A stretch of DNA of 64,000 nt from Leptonemataceae bacterium. Its GTDB lineage: Bacteria; Spirochaetota; Leptospiria; Leptospirales; Leptonemataceae. The position numbers and the translations under genes are program-made. The stretch lies in NCBI GenBank assembly GCA_965227295.1, contig OZ245742.1:4512001-4576000 (forward strand), in the 5' to 3' direction. This document shows, piece by piece, positions 21,766-33,954 of this stretch. Within the stretch, counting starts at the first letter, position 1. Each line of letters opens with the position of its first letter. A model generated the notes under the pieces. It was given only the letters and a program-made list of their open reading frames with translations, did no database searches and was not told where the DNA came from.

Positions 21766-23300
21766 GGCATGCCTCCCGGGGAACCGCTCGCGGCACAGGC
21801 CGCAAAGGCATCTTCCAGCTCGCGCCGATCCGAGAAATCGACGCGCTGCCTGCCGAAGATCTGGTAGTCCTCATGACCCTTGCCGGCAACCAACACTGCC
21901 GCCGGCCGTTCCGCCGAAGCCAGGATCATCTCTACCGAGCGCCGGATTGCTTCGCGGCGATCGCCGATCTCCAGGATACGCTCCTCTTCCGGCGCGCCGC
22001 CGGTCCGCGTGGATTGGTAGGAACTCCTGCGGGCGCCGGCCAGGATCTCCGCGCGAATGGAAGCGGGGTCCTCGGTCCGCGGATTATCGTCGCAGACAAT
22101 GACCGTGTCCGCCAGACGCCCGGCAATTTCCCCCATGGGCGCGCGCTTGCTGCGATCGCGGTCGCCGCCGCAACCGAAGACGCAAACGAGATAACGCAGG
22201 CCGAGGCCGCGGGCTTCACGCAGGGCGTTGTCGAGGGCGTCCGGGGTATGCGCGTAGTCGACAATGCCGTAGACATCGGATCGCTCCGATGAGCCGGACG
22301 GAACCGACGGCGGATCCACGCGTTCGAAACGACCGGGCACCGGCGCATGCCGGGCCAGCAGTTTCAGAGCGCGCTCGGTTTCGCCCGCGGCAACGCCCGC
22401 CGTAATTGCCAGGGACGCGTTCATGCGATTGAAGGCCGTGGGCGCCGGCAGCCGTTCGACGAACGGCGCCGGCACTGCTTCAATCTTCGCGGACGCATCC
22501 AGGGCGCGCATTTCGCTCACCAGGCGCCGGCCCGCGTCGTTGTCGACGGCGACGGTCATGGTGCCGCCGGAAGCGAGAGTCATTTCGAAAAGGCGGCGCT
22601 TGGCAAGATAGTAGGCCTCCATGTCGCCGTGATAGTCCAGATGGTCCGGCGTAAGATTCGTAAAGATTGCATGCGCGAAGGTTAAGCCTTCGAGGCGCCC
22701 CAGGGCCAGGGCCTCGGACGAAACCTCGAGGGCGACGCGGTTGACCCCGGCGTCACGCATCTCCGCGAGCAGGGCGTTCAACTGCGGGACCCGCGGCGTG
22801 GTATAACCGGTCTTGCGGTTGTGCCTGACGCCATTCGCATCCACCCACTCGACGCCGACGGTACCGATACATCCGGCGCTGTAGCCGAGGCCCTGCCAGA
22901 TTTCAAACAACATGCGGGTCACGGTGGTTTTGCCGTTGGTCCCGGTAACTCCGAACAAGACCAGTGCTTGCGAGGGCGAATCGTACAACGCGTCGGCGAG
23001 CGCGCCCTGGATTGCTAAGATGTTTTCAGTGACGATTAAGAGCGGTTGGCCGGTGTATGCCGGGGGCCGGTCCTCCGGGCGCAGGAGCACGGCCGTACAA
23101 TCGCTCCGCAATACGGCTTCCAGGTAGGTCCGGCCCTGGTCCGTGGCAACGAAGATGGTGCCGGGGCCGGCCTCCCGCGAGTCGTCGGTGAGCGCGATGA
23201 TGTCGAGGTCCGCGGCCGGCGGGGATTGCCCCGGATCGAGAAGATAACGACCGGCCGGGGCCGGGATCTTATTCAGCAGCGTGAGGAGTTTGCGTTTCAA
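21762..23300 (-). CDS. murE: UDP-MurNAc-dipeptide--diaminopimelate ligase
   Basis: VTGTNGKTT, VDYAHTPDAL, GCGGDRD, DNPR, AGKGHE. Confidence 0.96.
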   Translation of the reverse strand: MKRKLLTLLNKIPAPAGRYLLDPGQSPPAADLDIIALTDDSREAGPGTIFVATDQGRTYLEAVLRSDCTAVLLRPEDRPPAYTGQPLLIVTENILAIQGALADALYDSPSQALVLFGVTGTNGKTTVTRMLFEIWQGLGYSAGCIGTVGVEWVDANGVRHNRKTGYTTPRVPQLNALLAEMRDAGVNRVALEVSSEALALGRLEGLTFAHAIFTNLTPDHLDYHGDMEAYYLAKRRLFEMTLASGGTMTVAVDNDAGRRLVSEMRALDASAKIEAVPAPFVERLPAPTAFNRMNASLAITAGVAAGETERALKLLARHAPVPGRFERVDPPSVPSGSSERSDVYGIVDYAHTPDALDNALREARGLGLRYLVCVFGCGGDRDRSKRAPMGEIAGRLADTVIVCDDNPRTEDPASIRAEILAGARRSSYQSTRTGGAPEEERILEIGDRREAIRRSVEMILASAERPAAVLVAGKGHEDYQIFGRQRVDFSDRRELEDAFAACAASGSPGGMP

Positions 23301-23634
23301 GCGAGGCGCCCGTTTCGTTTAATACGCTTTCGGGCAGACGGATTCTGACAATTTTATTTTTCTCGAGGAGCGGCAGGGTTTCGTAGGTCTTCCAGCGCAG
23401 CGGGTCCTCGCCGGCCTGGAGGGCGAGATCAAACAATGCGCTTTTCAGGGCGCGATTGCGTTTCAGGAGCTCGTCTTTGCGCAATGCGGCCGAGCGCAGG
23501 TCCCGGTTGATGGCCGCCATCTCCACATTCAAATGCAGATAGACCAGGATCGCGAGGAAGATCGGCGCCGCGAGGGCGACAATGCGCAGCATATCACCGG
23601 TCTGGCGGAGAAGTTCCCGGAAAATGGAAATCAT
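23269..23634 (-). CDS. FtsL-like membrane/coiled-coil protein
   Basis: One TM segment plus leucine heptads; position directly after rsmH in dcw cluster. Confidence 0.6.
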   Translation of the reverse strand: MISIFRELLRQTGDMLRIVALAAPIFLAILVYLHLNVEMAAINRDLRSAALRKDELLKRNRALKSALFDLALQAGEDPLRWKTYETLPLLEKNKIVRIRLPESVLNETGASLETQTPHAAE

Positions 23635-23643
23635 GCTGTATGA

Positions 23644-24651
23644 TTATCGGTCAGTGGGCGCGCGTTCCAGACACCGGAGCTTCGCGCTGCGGGCGGCGGG
23701 GTTGCGCCCCGTCTCGGCGTCACCGGGGGCCAGGGGCTTGCGGGTGATGATGCGAAACCCGGCCTCGGCGGCCCGTCGCTGATGGGCGGGTACGCCGATC
23801 TCCCGGAACGCCTCCTTGACCAGGCGATCTTCCAGTGAATGAAACGAGATCACGGCCAGGCGCCCGCCCGGAGCCAGACGGGGCGGAATCTCCCGGAGCG
23901 CGCTTTCGATGGCGCCGAACTCATCGTTTACCGCGATGCGCAGGGCCTGAAAGACCCGCGTGGACGGATGAATCCGGCCCCCGCGATCTCCGCCGGCGTC
24001 TTTGCCGGCCTTCCCGGTTTTGCCGCGTTTCGCCTGGCGCCGGGTCTGGGCCCTGCCGGCTCCCGCCGTTGCCTGGCGAACCAGATCGGCCAGTTCTCGC
24101 GCCCCGGCAATCGGCCGGTTTTCGGCAATGACCCGGGCGATGCGGCCGGAGTACGGTTCTTCGCCGTATTGCTGGAAGATGCGCTGGAGTTCGTGCTGAT
24201 CGAGGCGGTTCACCAGATCGGCGGCGCTGTCCTCGAGTTCGGGGCTCAGGCGCATGTCCAGAACGTCGTCGCCGTAAGAGAAGCCCCGCCCGGCCCCGCG
24301 AAAGTGAAACATGGATACGCCGAGATCCAGCAGCACGAAGTCGGCCTGGAGCCCGCGCTCGTCGAGGATGGCCGGCAGCTCGCGGAAATTCGCGCGCTGG
24401 AAATCCACCCGGTCGGCCAGGCCCTGCCCCGTGATCCGCTGCCGGGCCCGCTCGAGCATCTCCGGATCGCGGTCCAGGCCGAGAACCCGCACGCCGGGAA
24501 ATTCCTGAAGCATCATGAGGCTGTGCCCCCCGTCGCCCAGGGTCCCGTCGACGTAATTTGTAGGAGTTCCTACATTTTTAGAGAGCACGGGCCGCGCCAG
24601 GTCCAGGATTTCGGCCGGGAGCACGGGTTCATGGTATTCGCCAGGTGCCAC
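23644..24651 (-). CDS. rsmH: 16S rRNA m4C1402 methyltransferase
   Basis: [46 protein letters not shown]. Confidence 0.97.
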   Translation of the reverse strand: MAPGEYHEPVLPAEILDLARPVLSKNVGTPTNYVDGTLGDGGHSLMMLQEFPGVRVLGLDRDPEMLERARQRITGQGLADRVDFQRANFRELPAILDERGLQADFVLLDLGVSMFHFRGAGRGFSYGDDVLDMRLSPELEDSAADLVNRLDQHELQRIFQQYGEEPYSGRIARVIAENRPIAGARELADLVRQATAGAGRAQTRRQAKRGKTGKAGKDAGGDRGGRIHPSTRVFQALRIAVNDEFGAIESALREIPPRLAPGGRLAVISFHSLEDRLVKEAFREIGVPAHQRRAAEAGFRIITRKPLAPGDAETGRNPAARSAKLRCLERAPTDR

Positions 24652-24759
24652 GATGTTAGCCTGTGGAAAGCGGATCAGGCGGCGAGTTTTTTAATGGACA
24701 GGGGCCCGGCCGATACGGGACATAAGAAGCCCTCCTGGGAGGGTGTAGCGCAATTTTTT

Positions 24760-25587
24760 ATGAGCACTCTCGAATCACAGATCCATCCCGAGTATCAATA
24801 CCTGCACTTACTCAAGCGTATCCTGGAAACCGGGGAAGACCGCGGAGACCGTACCGGTGTCGGCACGCGGAGCATCTTCGGTGCGAACATGCGTTTCGAT
24901 TTGCGCACGGACTTTCCTCTGCTGACGACAAAGGCCGTCCACTGGAAGTCCATCGTCCACGAACTCCTGTGGTTTCTACGCGGCGATACGAACACCCGCT
25001 ACCTTACCGAGAACGGCGTAACGATCTGGAACGAATGGGCCGATGCCGACGGCGAGCTGGGGCCGGTCTACGGCGCACAGTGGCGTAAGTGGCGCGGTGC
25101 CGACGGCGAAAGCATCGATCAAATCGCGCAGCTCGTGCGGAGCCTGCGGGAAAATCCCATGTCGCGACGGCATATTCTTTCGGCCTGGAACGTCGGTGAG
25201 ATTTCCCACATGGCGCTGCCGCCGTGCCATTGCTTCGTTCAATTCTATGTGAGCGCCGACGGCCGGCTCTCGTGCCAGTTGTATCAGCGCAGCGTGGACG
25301 TGTTCCTGGGGCTGCCGTTCAACATCGCGTCGTACTCGCTGTTAACGCTGATGATGGCGCAGATCACGGGGCTTCTGCCCGGCGAGTTTCTGTTTTGCGG
25401 CGGGGACGTGCACATCTATCAAAATCATTTTGATCAGGTACGCACCCAGCTGGAACGTGAGCCGTTGCCGTTTCCGCGTGTCACGCTGAACCCGGACGTC
25501 ACGAACATCGACGACTTTCGTTTTGAAGATTTTCAGCTCGTCGATTACCAGAGCCACGCGCGCATTAAGGCGCCCATCGCGGTCTGA
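24760..25587 (+). CDS. thyA: Thymidylate synthase
   Basis: DRTGVGT, FPLLTTK, ELLWF, ALPPCH, YQRSVD, PFNIASY; real start inferred at ATG 24760. Confidence 0.97.
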   Translation: MSTLESQIHPEYQYLHLLKRILETGEDRGDRTGVGTRSIFGANMRFDLRTDFPLLTTKAVHWKSIVHELLWFLRGDTNTRYLTENGVTIWNEWADADGELGPVYGAQWRKWRGADGESIDQIAQLVRSLRENPMSRRHILSAWNVGEISHMALPPCHCFVQFYVSADGRLSCQLYQRSVDVFLGLPFNIASYSLLTLMMAQITGLLPGEFLFCGGDVHIYQNHFDQVRTQLEREPLPFPRVTLNPDVTNIDDFRFEDFQLVDYQSHARIKAPIAV

Positions 25588-25604
25588 ACGGTTTGCACTG
25601 AGCC

Positions 25605-26171
25605 ATGTCCATCGATCAAAGCGGCGCGATTCCCGGAGACCACTTCGAATTTGTCGAGGCGGCCGGTATGGTCAAAGCGGACCGGGACCTGTCGTTGACG
25701 CTCATCCTCGCGCAATCGTTGAACGGTGTGATCGGCCGGGACGGCGATTTGCCCTGGCGCATTCCGGAAGACCTCGCCATGTTCAAACAGGCCACCATGG
25801 GCGGCACGCTGATCATGGGCCGGCGAACCTTCGATTCGATCAACCGCGTCCTGCCCGGCCGCACGATGATCGTAATATCATCTCAGGTAAAGCTAAGACT
25901 CCCCGACGGCGTCGCCCACGCCCGCACGCCCCTCGGTGCCCTGGAGCTGGCCCCGCGGGAAAAGCCGGTCTTCGTCATCGGCGGGGCGCGGGTCTATGAT
26001 CACTTCCTCGACGCCGCCGATGAAATCCTGGTCACCCTGGTGAAGGACCTGGTCCCCGGGGACACGCACTTCGACACTTTCGAACGCTGTTCGCCGACGG
26101 ACTGGGAAATTGTGGAGCGTTCCAGTTTGAATGATACGGCCGAACTCCTGCAGCTACGGCGCCGTTCCTGA
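25605..26171 (+). CDS. folA: Dihydrofolate reductase
   Basis: IGRDGDLPW, IMGRRTFDSI, LPGR, IGGARVY, GDTHF; follows thyA. Confidence 0.92.
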   Translation: MSIDQSGAIPGDHFEFVEAAGMVKADRDLSLTLILAQSLNGVIGRDGDLPWRIPEDLAMFKQATMGGTLIMGRRTFDSINRVLPGRTMIVISSQVKLRLPDGVAHARTPLGALELAPREKPVFVIGGARVYDHFLDAADEILVTLVKDLVPGDTHFDTFERCSPTDWEIVERSSLNDTAELLQLRRRS

Positions 26172-26260
26172 CCGCACGGCCGCAATCAAACAAACCGTGC
26201 GTTGCCTTCTAATTGAAATAAGTTGTTTACATAGCTTTACATTTCGTATCTCTACGCTGT

Positions 26261-27316
26261 ATGATTCATGCGCGTATCGCCGGCATCGGCGCCGAGATTC
26301 CGCCGCGACGGCTCTCCAACGAAGAGTGGGAACGCATGACGGACACATCCGCCGAATGGCTGGAAAAGAACGTCGGCATTCGCACTCGCAGCCGCATCGG
26401 CGAAGACCAGAGCCTGGCGGACCTGGGCTCCGCCGCCGCCCGGCGCGCCCTGGACATGGCCGGCCTGGACGCGGCGGATCTGGACTACATCCTGTGCGCC
26501 ACGAACTCCCAGGACGATATTTTTCCCTCGACAGCATCAAAAATTCAGCAGGCCCTGGGTGCCGAAAGCGCCACCTCCTCGGACCTGCAGGCCGGCTGCA
26601 CCGGCTGGCTCTACGCCATGCAACTGGGCTGCGCCCTGGTGCGCGGCGGCGAGGCCCGGCGCGTGCTGGTGATCGGCGTGGAATCCCTCATTCGTTCGCT
26701 GTATCTTTACGATCGTGACAGCGCCCTGTTCGGCGACGGCGCTGGCGCGGCCGTGATCACCGCCGAGGACGCGGACGCCTTCAGTGCTCGCGCTAACGGC
26801 CACGCACAAGAAGTCAGCATGCCGATCTTTGCGACGAACACGGTGCCGTCCTTCGCGTTGCATCATCCTACGTACCATCACGAAGAACACAACGCCGTGG
26901 AACTGTATCTGGAAGGCCGGGACATGGCTCAGGCCCCTCGCGCCCGACCGAAGATGGACGGCAAGGCATCTATGAAACTCGCCATCAACGGCACGCTGGA
27001 CGTGGTTACGCGGCTCTTTCAGACCGCGCAGGAACGATACGGCCTCTCCCGCGAGGATGTCGACGTGTTCATGCCGCACCAAACCAACGTGCATCTGGTG
27101 AAGAAGATGTGCGAGACCCTCGGTTACAATTTCGAAGACATTCCGTTTATTCTGGATAAGTACGGCTGCATCAGCACCGCCGCAATGCCCACCGGGCTCT
27201 GGGAGCACATGCAGGCCGGCAAACTGAAGCGCGGCGACCTGGTCCTGTGTGCCGGCTACGGCGCCGGCTGGACCTGCGGGGCCATGCTCTTTCGCTGGGA
27301 TCCCGCGCAGAACTAA
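26261..27316 (+). CDS. 3-oxoacyl-ACP synthase III family protein
   Basis: AGCTGW, LFGDGAGA, PHQTN, GYGAG; YGC in place of the usual YGN catalytic Asn. Confidence 0.85.
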   Translation: MIHARIAGIGAEIPPRRLSNEEWERMTDTSAEWLEKNVGIRTRSRIGEDQSLADLGSAAARRALDMAGLDAADLDYILCATNSQDDIFPSTASKIQQALGAESATSSDLQAGCTGWLYAMQLGCALVRGGEARRVLVIGVESLIRSLYLYDRDSALFGDGAGAAVITAEDADAFSARANGHAQEVSMPIFATNTVPSFALHHPTYHHEEHNAVELYLEGRDMAQAPRARPKMDGKASMKLAINGTLDVVTRLFQTAQERYGLSREDVDVFMPHQTNVHLVKKMCETLGYNFEDIPFILDKYGCISTAAMPTGLWEHMQAGKLKRGDLVLCAGYGAGWTCGAMLFRWDPAQN

Positions 27317-27408
27317 AGACGCATTCGCACGGCCGTTTTCCGGTTGGCTCCTGTCGCGTATTTGGGGAGATGGTTGTTCCGCCGTGTCCCCGGATGCGGC
27401 GAAACTCT

Positions 27409-28113
<705 letters not shown>

Positions 28114-29341
28114 TTCTGAGATATAGCGGGGGCGGATTTCGTGGGCGCAACGGTGTTTGTAGTATACGTACGATCCCCGGCCGCTTTTGCCCTTTTGGTG
28201 GTCTGCTGTGAAGAGATTACGGTCATCTTCGCAGTGAGCGCAACGGATTAGACGGGTGAAATGTGCCTGGCGACGGTTTTTTTTGAGCCCCACGGCCTGG
28301 GTTGCGATACGCTTTTTTCTTGCCAGCCAGCGGGCTTTGTCGTAGTAAATTTGTGGTTCCAAGGCCAGCGGGTGCACATTTTGACCATCGGCGTCATAAT
28401 GGGAGCTGTAAACTTTCCCGCGCCAGATGAATTCTCCGTGGTATTCATGGCGCTCTGTTAAGAGTTTGTATATATTGCCTTTGGTCCACGCCTTGCCGGA
28501 CTGGTTCTTGAGGCCGATATCGTTCAGGTGAGCAACGAACTCGGGGAGGGTATAATTGCTGGAATCAAAATTATCGAAGATGTAACGAAGATCATATTCA
28601 GAACGTGGGTCGATCTCGTAGAGTTTTTTCTGGCGGTTATAGAGATAACCCCAAGCTCCATGACCGGGCTTTACACGCCACGAGAGCTTCTTTTGTTGGC
28701 CTTCTTGAATGCGCCAGCCTAAGTTGTCCGTCTCATGCTTGCCGATGACGCCCTGCACAAGGTACGACATTACGATGGAGGGATGAGTGTTTTCGTCGAG
28801 AGTAATGCCTAACGCATAAAAAACAATGACGATTCCTGAGCGGCGTAGTTCATCGATTCGATTAATGTCCGGCAAATTCCGGGCCGCTCGAGTAGCATCC
28901 TTAAAGTAAATCCGATCGCCGGCACAAGATAAGTGTTTGCGCACTGTAGCATAAATTGAAACCACGGACGCTGCTCTTTAGATGCGCTCTCGATGAACTG
29001 AAAGTTGTGGACGACTTCGTAACCATCACGCTTCGCTTGAGCCATACCATGTTCATTCTGGTATGCGAGACTGGTGCCGTCCTCTTGAGATGTGCTGGAC
29101 ACTCGATCTACAGTGAATGCTTTTCGAGATATAGTACGGCCAGATCTGCGCCTCAGTAATTCAACAATTGCGTTCTTCTCATTCTGCGTCATGAAGAATT
29201 CTGTGAAATCCTCCATCTTAAGCGCAAGCGAAATTCTCTTAAACGCAATCAAGGCCGTACCCTATTTGGATTACATCGCCTACTTAGAACACCAGTTTTA
29301 CTACAGCACAAGCCCCGCATTTTTTGCGCCAAAGATTCTTC

Positions 29342-30571
29342 ATGACTGACATTATAGATCGAGACGCGAGCAAAACCTCCAAAGGGTATAGACTGCAAAA
29401 ACTACGCGCGGTCGAACTAATGTTAGACAGCCTCGCCTCATCGGAAACCGCCTATGCATATGCCAGCATAGAAATCGAAGGTGATGTCCTTATCGCAGAA
29501 GCGTCCCAACGCGGGCTCAAAGAGTATTCAGAGGAAAACAAGAACTATTCCAAGTCATCTTCATTCACCCTTTCTAGCGACGAAGTAAAAAAGTCCATCG
29601 TCATTTTTTTGGACATATACTTCGCCAAACACCAAAGCCCGGAGCTCAACTTTGGATTTTACACCACAAACGGAATTGCCTCCGAAAAACAGACCAAATC
29701 TTTGAGCGAGATTGGGGTGACATTAGGCGGAGACGCCCTTTTAGAATCTCTTGTCAATGCAACCTTCAGTGATACGCAGCTTGAAAAAATAATCAAGATC
29801 GTCCTCCACACCTATAAGGCCGAGTACAAAAACAGGCCTGGTAATATCCGCGAAATTGAGAGCTGGAGCACTGCTCGGTGGCGATCTTTCTTTTCTCAGA
29901 TCCGCTGGCACTTTGGGAGCGAAGACGAAATTCAACTCATTAGCCGTATAGACAAAAAAATCCGCGAGTGCAAACACTACACAACAAACCACAGCGGAAA
30001 AGAGGATCTCATCCGTGCCGCCATAATCGAACTCTTCGATGAACGACAAAGCAATAAAACACCGACAGCACGCTTTGTGCACGGCTCTGACATTGCCTTG
30101 AAGTTTTTCCATGTTGCGGCAGGAGAAATCAAACGCACGGATCCTGTATTCAAGCTCTGGCAAGAGCTACCTCCTCCAGATGACAAGCGCAACATAAAGG
30201 ATAAGCTTCTGGGAATATCGCCGAGCCTCGATCCCAAACGGATCAAGCTATACGCTGTGGATATTGCAACGGGAGCTCTCGAACAGGAGGAATTCGCTGG
30301 TGACAGGCATTTATTGGCATTAAAGTTCCGCATTCTCAAAACTTGCCAAGAACGACTCCTCCAACTTGCCCCGCTAATCCATGCCTATTCCCCACAATCT
30401 AATCCGGAACAGGTATGCGACTGGATATCTGACCTCCAGATAGCAGCCCAGGAGACTGTTGCCGACGTCAGCCGAGCATACGCCTACCCTCTCGAAACCG
30501 AGAGCTTTATCAGGTCCCTAGTTTTAGAATTATTCGACTCTTGCTACCTACATTTTGACAATGACCCCTGA
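29342..30571 (+). CDS. Predicted PD-(D/E)xK nuclease effector (Cap4/DUF4297-like), LmuA-like
   Basis: RDASKTSKGYRLQKLRAV, EIEGDV, EENKNY motifs; first gene of 3-gene low-GC operon. Confidence 0.6.
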   Translation: MTDIIDRDASKTSKGYRLQKLRAVELMLDSLASSETAYAYASIEIEGDVLIAEASQRGLKEYSEENKNYSKSSSFTLSSDEVKKSIVIFLDIYFAKHQSPELNFGFYTTNGIASEKQTKSLSEIGVTLGGDALLESLVNATFSDTQLEKIIKIVLHTYKAEYKNRPGNIREIESWSTARWRSFFSQIRWHFGSEDEIQLISRIDKKIRECKHYTTNHSGKEDLIRAAIIELFDERQSNKTPTARFVHGSDIALKFFHVAAGEIKRTDPVFKLWQELPPPDDKRNIKDKLLGISPSLDPKRIKLYAVDIATGALEQEEFAGDRHLLALKFRILKTCQERLLQLAPLIHAYSPQSNPEQVCDWISDLQIAAQETVADVSRAYAYPLETESFIRSLVLELFDSCYLHFDNDP

Positions 30572-31100
30572 ATTAAATAAGATAAAACGAGCCATCATGT
30601 TTCTGCAACGGGAGGATTACTACTTCCTTGCATACAACATCCTTATAATTTTAAATGAACTCAATTGTGTCGAAGGAAAGAGGACCTTCCGGGACCATCG
30701 CAAACTCAGCTTCATAATAGAATTCACATCCAAAGGAAGCCTTGTGGAAATCTTACAGAGGGGGCAATCGAACGGGTCCATAAATCTCAGTGACCGTGAT
30801 AGATTATCACGCAGCTACTCTGTCGGATTGACCAGGATGAACGAGGTGCTAAGAATCACTCTCTTTCTTGCTCACAACGGCATCCTAACTGCGACCAAGC
30901 AAAGAGATGGAACATTTAATTTGAGACTCAATCCCGAGAAGCTACCTTCCGGGTTTCTTCGCTCCGAAGAATTTGCTTATGAGATCTCAAATATCCAATC
31001 TTTTCGGCGCCAAACCAACCGCCTATCAAACCTACTTGCTCGCACCTTTCTGGAACGCACTTATTCAGACAATGGCATCATGATATGGGAAGACTACTGA
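30561..31100 (+). CDS. ABC-three-component middle component (LmuC-like)
   Basis: Small ORF overlapping both neighbours, between nuclease and SMC-like ATPase. Confidence 0.5.
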   Translation: MTPELNKIKRAIMFLQREDYYFLAYNILIILNELNCVEGKRTFRDHRKLSFIIEFTSKGSLVEILQRGQSNGSINLSDRDRLSRSYSVGLTRMNEVLRITLFLAHNGILTATKQRDGTFNLRLNPEKLPSGFLRSEEFAYEISNIQSFRRQTNRLSNLLARTFLERTYSDNGIMIWEDY

Positions 31101-32998
31101 TTGAAAAGCTTAAATACTCTGGCGACTCTTTCGAATATGAATCGCCGACACTTGGACCTGGGATAAATATCCTCGAAGGGGCGAACGCTACGGGAAAGAC
31201 TACTTTCACGAATCTCATATACTATGGACTCGGCGGCCATGTAGAAGAATTCCGCGCGAATGCAAAAGAACGACATGCCGAAATAACCGGAGATAAGAAC
31301 AACTTCGTCGACCTGTTCATCCGAATCAATGAAACGCCATACCAACTTCGTCGTTACATCGGAGATCCGAACATAGGCATCACCCACGAAACAATCACAA
31401 TCACTCGCACTTTGGACCGAAGAGAGTCGAGCGAAACGTTCTCCGACTGGCTACTTGACAAGCTTGGATTCGAAATTTTTGAGATTTTTCAAGGTTCTCA
31501 CAATTGGAGGATCAACTTTACGGACCTCGCTCGCCTAATCTACCATGACCAGAACACTGGCAACGTACGAAGCATATTCAAAGCTCCAGACACATCGTTC
31601 TTCTTGTCCGACTCTGCCAGCACGAGGAAGATAATATTTGAAGTTCTTACAGGAAAGACGTTTAACGATTACTACTCCACTCTTGGCAAGACAAGGCGGG
31701 CCGACCAACAGCGACAGGTGACAAAGGAGACTCTTCGGCGATTTATTGAGATAGCCGCGACACTACACTCTGAGAATCAACCCAAGAACAGCGACTTCAT
31801 TGAAGCCGCGTTACGCGAAAAACAGACTCAGCACGAGAAGTTAGAAGAATCACGACGAGCCCTTCAATCCAACGCACCCCAAGCCGGGGCAGGACTGCGT
31901 CAGCGCATCTCTGAGAAGACGAGTGAATTGACAGCCCAGCAACATAAACGTGTTGAGTTTAACTCCAAGAGATCCAGACAAATAGGGGAAGTTGTCAAAC
32001 TCCGGAATCTTAGAGAAGATCGCATCTTAGAAGCAACTCAGATGCGGAAGATTATCTACTCCCATGACGAACTAAAGCTCTTTTCCCCAAATACTTGCCC
32101 CTACTGCCTTCGAGAAATCGACAGAAACGCCGGTGCGTGCGTCTGTGGGAAGCCTATCAATGAAGAGGACTACGAAAAATTCTTTTACGATCGCGAGGAA
32201 TATCTGGATATCTTGAAGGCGAAGCAAAAGTCCATAGAAACAATTGAGATAGCGATCGAATCAGTATCAAAGGACCTGAAAGCGACGGAGGGGCAACTAA
32301 GAAACATAGATGAATTAATAAAAGGAAGCTCAACCGAAATCGAAAACTTGTCACGAGACATCGAAACGGGAATTGACCTATCTGCATTCAATGAGATTGA
32401 AAACAAGCTTCTGGGAGTCCGCTCTGAAATACAAGACCTACAAAAGGACTTAGAACTCAGAACACAGCAGGACATCATCGAGAAAGAACACGAGGAAAAT
32501 GAAAATGAGTATAAACGACTGCTCGCCGCAAGCAAGAGTTTAGAACTAGAGGCAGCACAGGCCATGGAAGAAATACTTGAAATATTTTCCAAAAAATACA
32601 AGGAACTGATCCGCTCATCTCTGCCAGAAGTAAATACGGCCGCAATTCAAGAGGATTACATGCCTGTCATAGATGGCGGAATATATAAACAAGCAAGCTC
32701 GGCCGTACCACGCCGACTCCTCTATTACTTCGCCCTACTTCACATTTCGCTACAGCATCCTACCGTGCTCTTCCCACGTTTACTGATTATCGACACACCA
32801 GAGAACCTCGGGATAGACTATGACGTATTTATGGACACGCTTCAGGCACTAGAGGCTGTCATCCCCGCCGGCAAAGAAGAACAATATCAAGTAATTCTGT
32901 CCACAGGAGTTAATAAATATCCAGAGTCATATGCAGAGTATGTCTTCGAGAGTCTGTCCACGGACAATCGCCTACTTAAAGAAGTAGGGCCTGAATAG
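31085..32998 (+). CDS. SMC/Rad50-like ABC ATPase (LmuB-like)
   Basis: Walker A GANATGKT, coiled coils with CPYC..CVC hook, Walker B LIIDTP. Confidence 0.8.
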   Translation: MGRLLIEKLKYSGDSFEYESPTLGPGINILEGANATGKTTFTNLIYYGLGGHVEEFRANAKERHAEITGDKNNFVDLFIRINETPYQLRRYIGDPNIGITHETITITRTLDRRESSETFSDWLLDKLGFEIFEIFQGSHNWRINFTDLARLIYHDQNTGNVRSIFKAPDTSFFLSDSASTRKIIFEVLTGKTFNDYYSTLGKTRRADQQRQVTKETLRRFIEIAATLHSENQPKNSDFIEAALREKQTQHEKLEESRRALQSNAPQAGAGLRQRISEKTSELTAQQHKRVEFNSKRSRQIGEVVKLRNLREDRILEATQMRKIIYSHDELKLFSPNTCPYCLREIDRNAGACVCGKPINEEDYEKFFYDREEYLDILKAKQKSIETIEIAIESVSKDLKATEGQLRNIDELIKGSSTEIENLSRDIETGIDLSAFNEIENKLLGVRSEIQDLQKDLELRTQQDIIEKEHEENENEYKRLLAASKSLELEAAQAMEEILEIFSKKYKELIRSSLPEVNTAAIQEDYMPVIDGGIYKQASSAVPRRLLYYFALLHISLQHPTVLFPRLLIIDTPENLGIDYDVFMDTLQALEAVIPAGKEEQYQVILSTGVNKYPESYAEYVFESLSTDNRLLKEVGPE

Positions 32999-33011
32999 AA
33001 TCAAGGTGTGT

Positions 33012-33746
33012 ACCCGTCTTATCGAAGCGATCGACGGCGCCGTGGCTACGCTTCAATTTACCGGAGCCTACGCCGAACGTCTCGGCCGCCTCTTCGAGGG
33101 GGCGATGACTCAGCAAGCGTCGAATTTCAAATCGGACCAGAAGTATATCCGGTTGAAGTGCGAAAGCCTGGATCAGCAGATCCGGCGGTTATACAGAGAA
33201 TACGCGGCCAGCGAACCAGCCGCCGCGCGGCAGATCATGGAAACCATCCGCGAAATGCAGGATGAAATCAAGACGCTGGAGAAAAAAGGCCAGAGCCTGC
33301 GCGCGGAAGACTTCGAGATCAACAACACCATCCTGCGATACATTGAAGAACTGCGGACGATTCCGGAAAAGTATCTGGCGGCGCGGACCACTGCGGAGAA
33401 AGCGAAACTTCTGCGAAACATGGTGCGCGCGATCTACGTGGACGGCGACGAGGTCATTTTCGACTGGCAAGAGCCGTATGCCTTCCTGGCGGACGAAGGC
33501 ATCTATCTGGCACTCACGAAACCGCGCGGGGGCTGGAAGAGCGGTGGTAAGCTCGCGGCGCAGCGCGCCGCCGCGAGCTTACCACCGCACACCCCGCAAA
33601 TGTCAGGGTGTTCGATTCCGTTTACTTCTGCGGAGCCAGCGAAACGCAGATCGAAAAAGCTGTCCGTGGAAGCGGAGATCGCCGCGCATATCCGGCTGAT
33701 GTTTCGGTTCTGGATGGCCGGCAAGAAACTTGCTGCCCACGGCTGA
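33012..33746 (+). pseudogene. 5'-truncated duplicate of serine recombinase 3' end with alternative (attP-type) C-terminus
   Basis: Identical to 27490-28113 reversed, then continues SAEPAKRRSKK..AAHG* after the CTCCGCAGAA core. Confidence 0.75.
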
Positions 33747-33767
33747 ATTTGTGGCCACAAAGGCGGA

Positions 33768-33954
33768 GCATTTGTCGAGGCGCGTGGTGCGGTCGGCGGG
33801 AGTTTACCATGGTAAAATCTTTGGCTGACCCGGGCGTGGATCTCGTACCGGTACGGGGCGTGGGGTTGTGGTGGCCTCGCGCTACGCGCGAGTCTTCGAA
33901 GGTAGGTCCGCGGAAATCAGCCTGCCGGCGAGCGCCGCGCGCCTCGACAAATGC
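33768..33954. repeat. 187-bp segment bounded by 17-bp inverted repeats (MITE-like), absent from right arm
   Basis: GCATTTGTCGAGGCGCG 33768-33784 / CGCGCCTCGACAAATGC 33938-33954. Confidence 0.55.

Noticed and set aside
23839..24759. Long N-terminal extension on ThyA (582-aa ORF)
   Set aside because: Antisense shadow of rsmH; ThyA homology starts near 24760.
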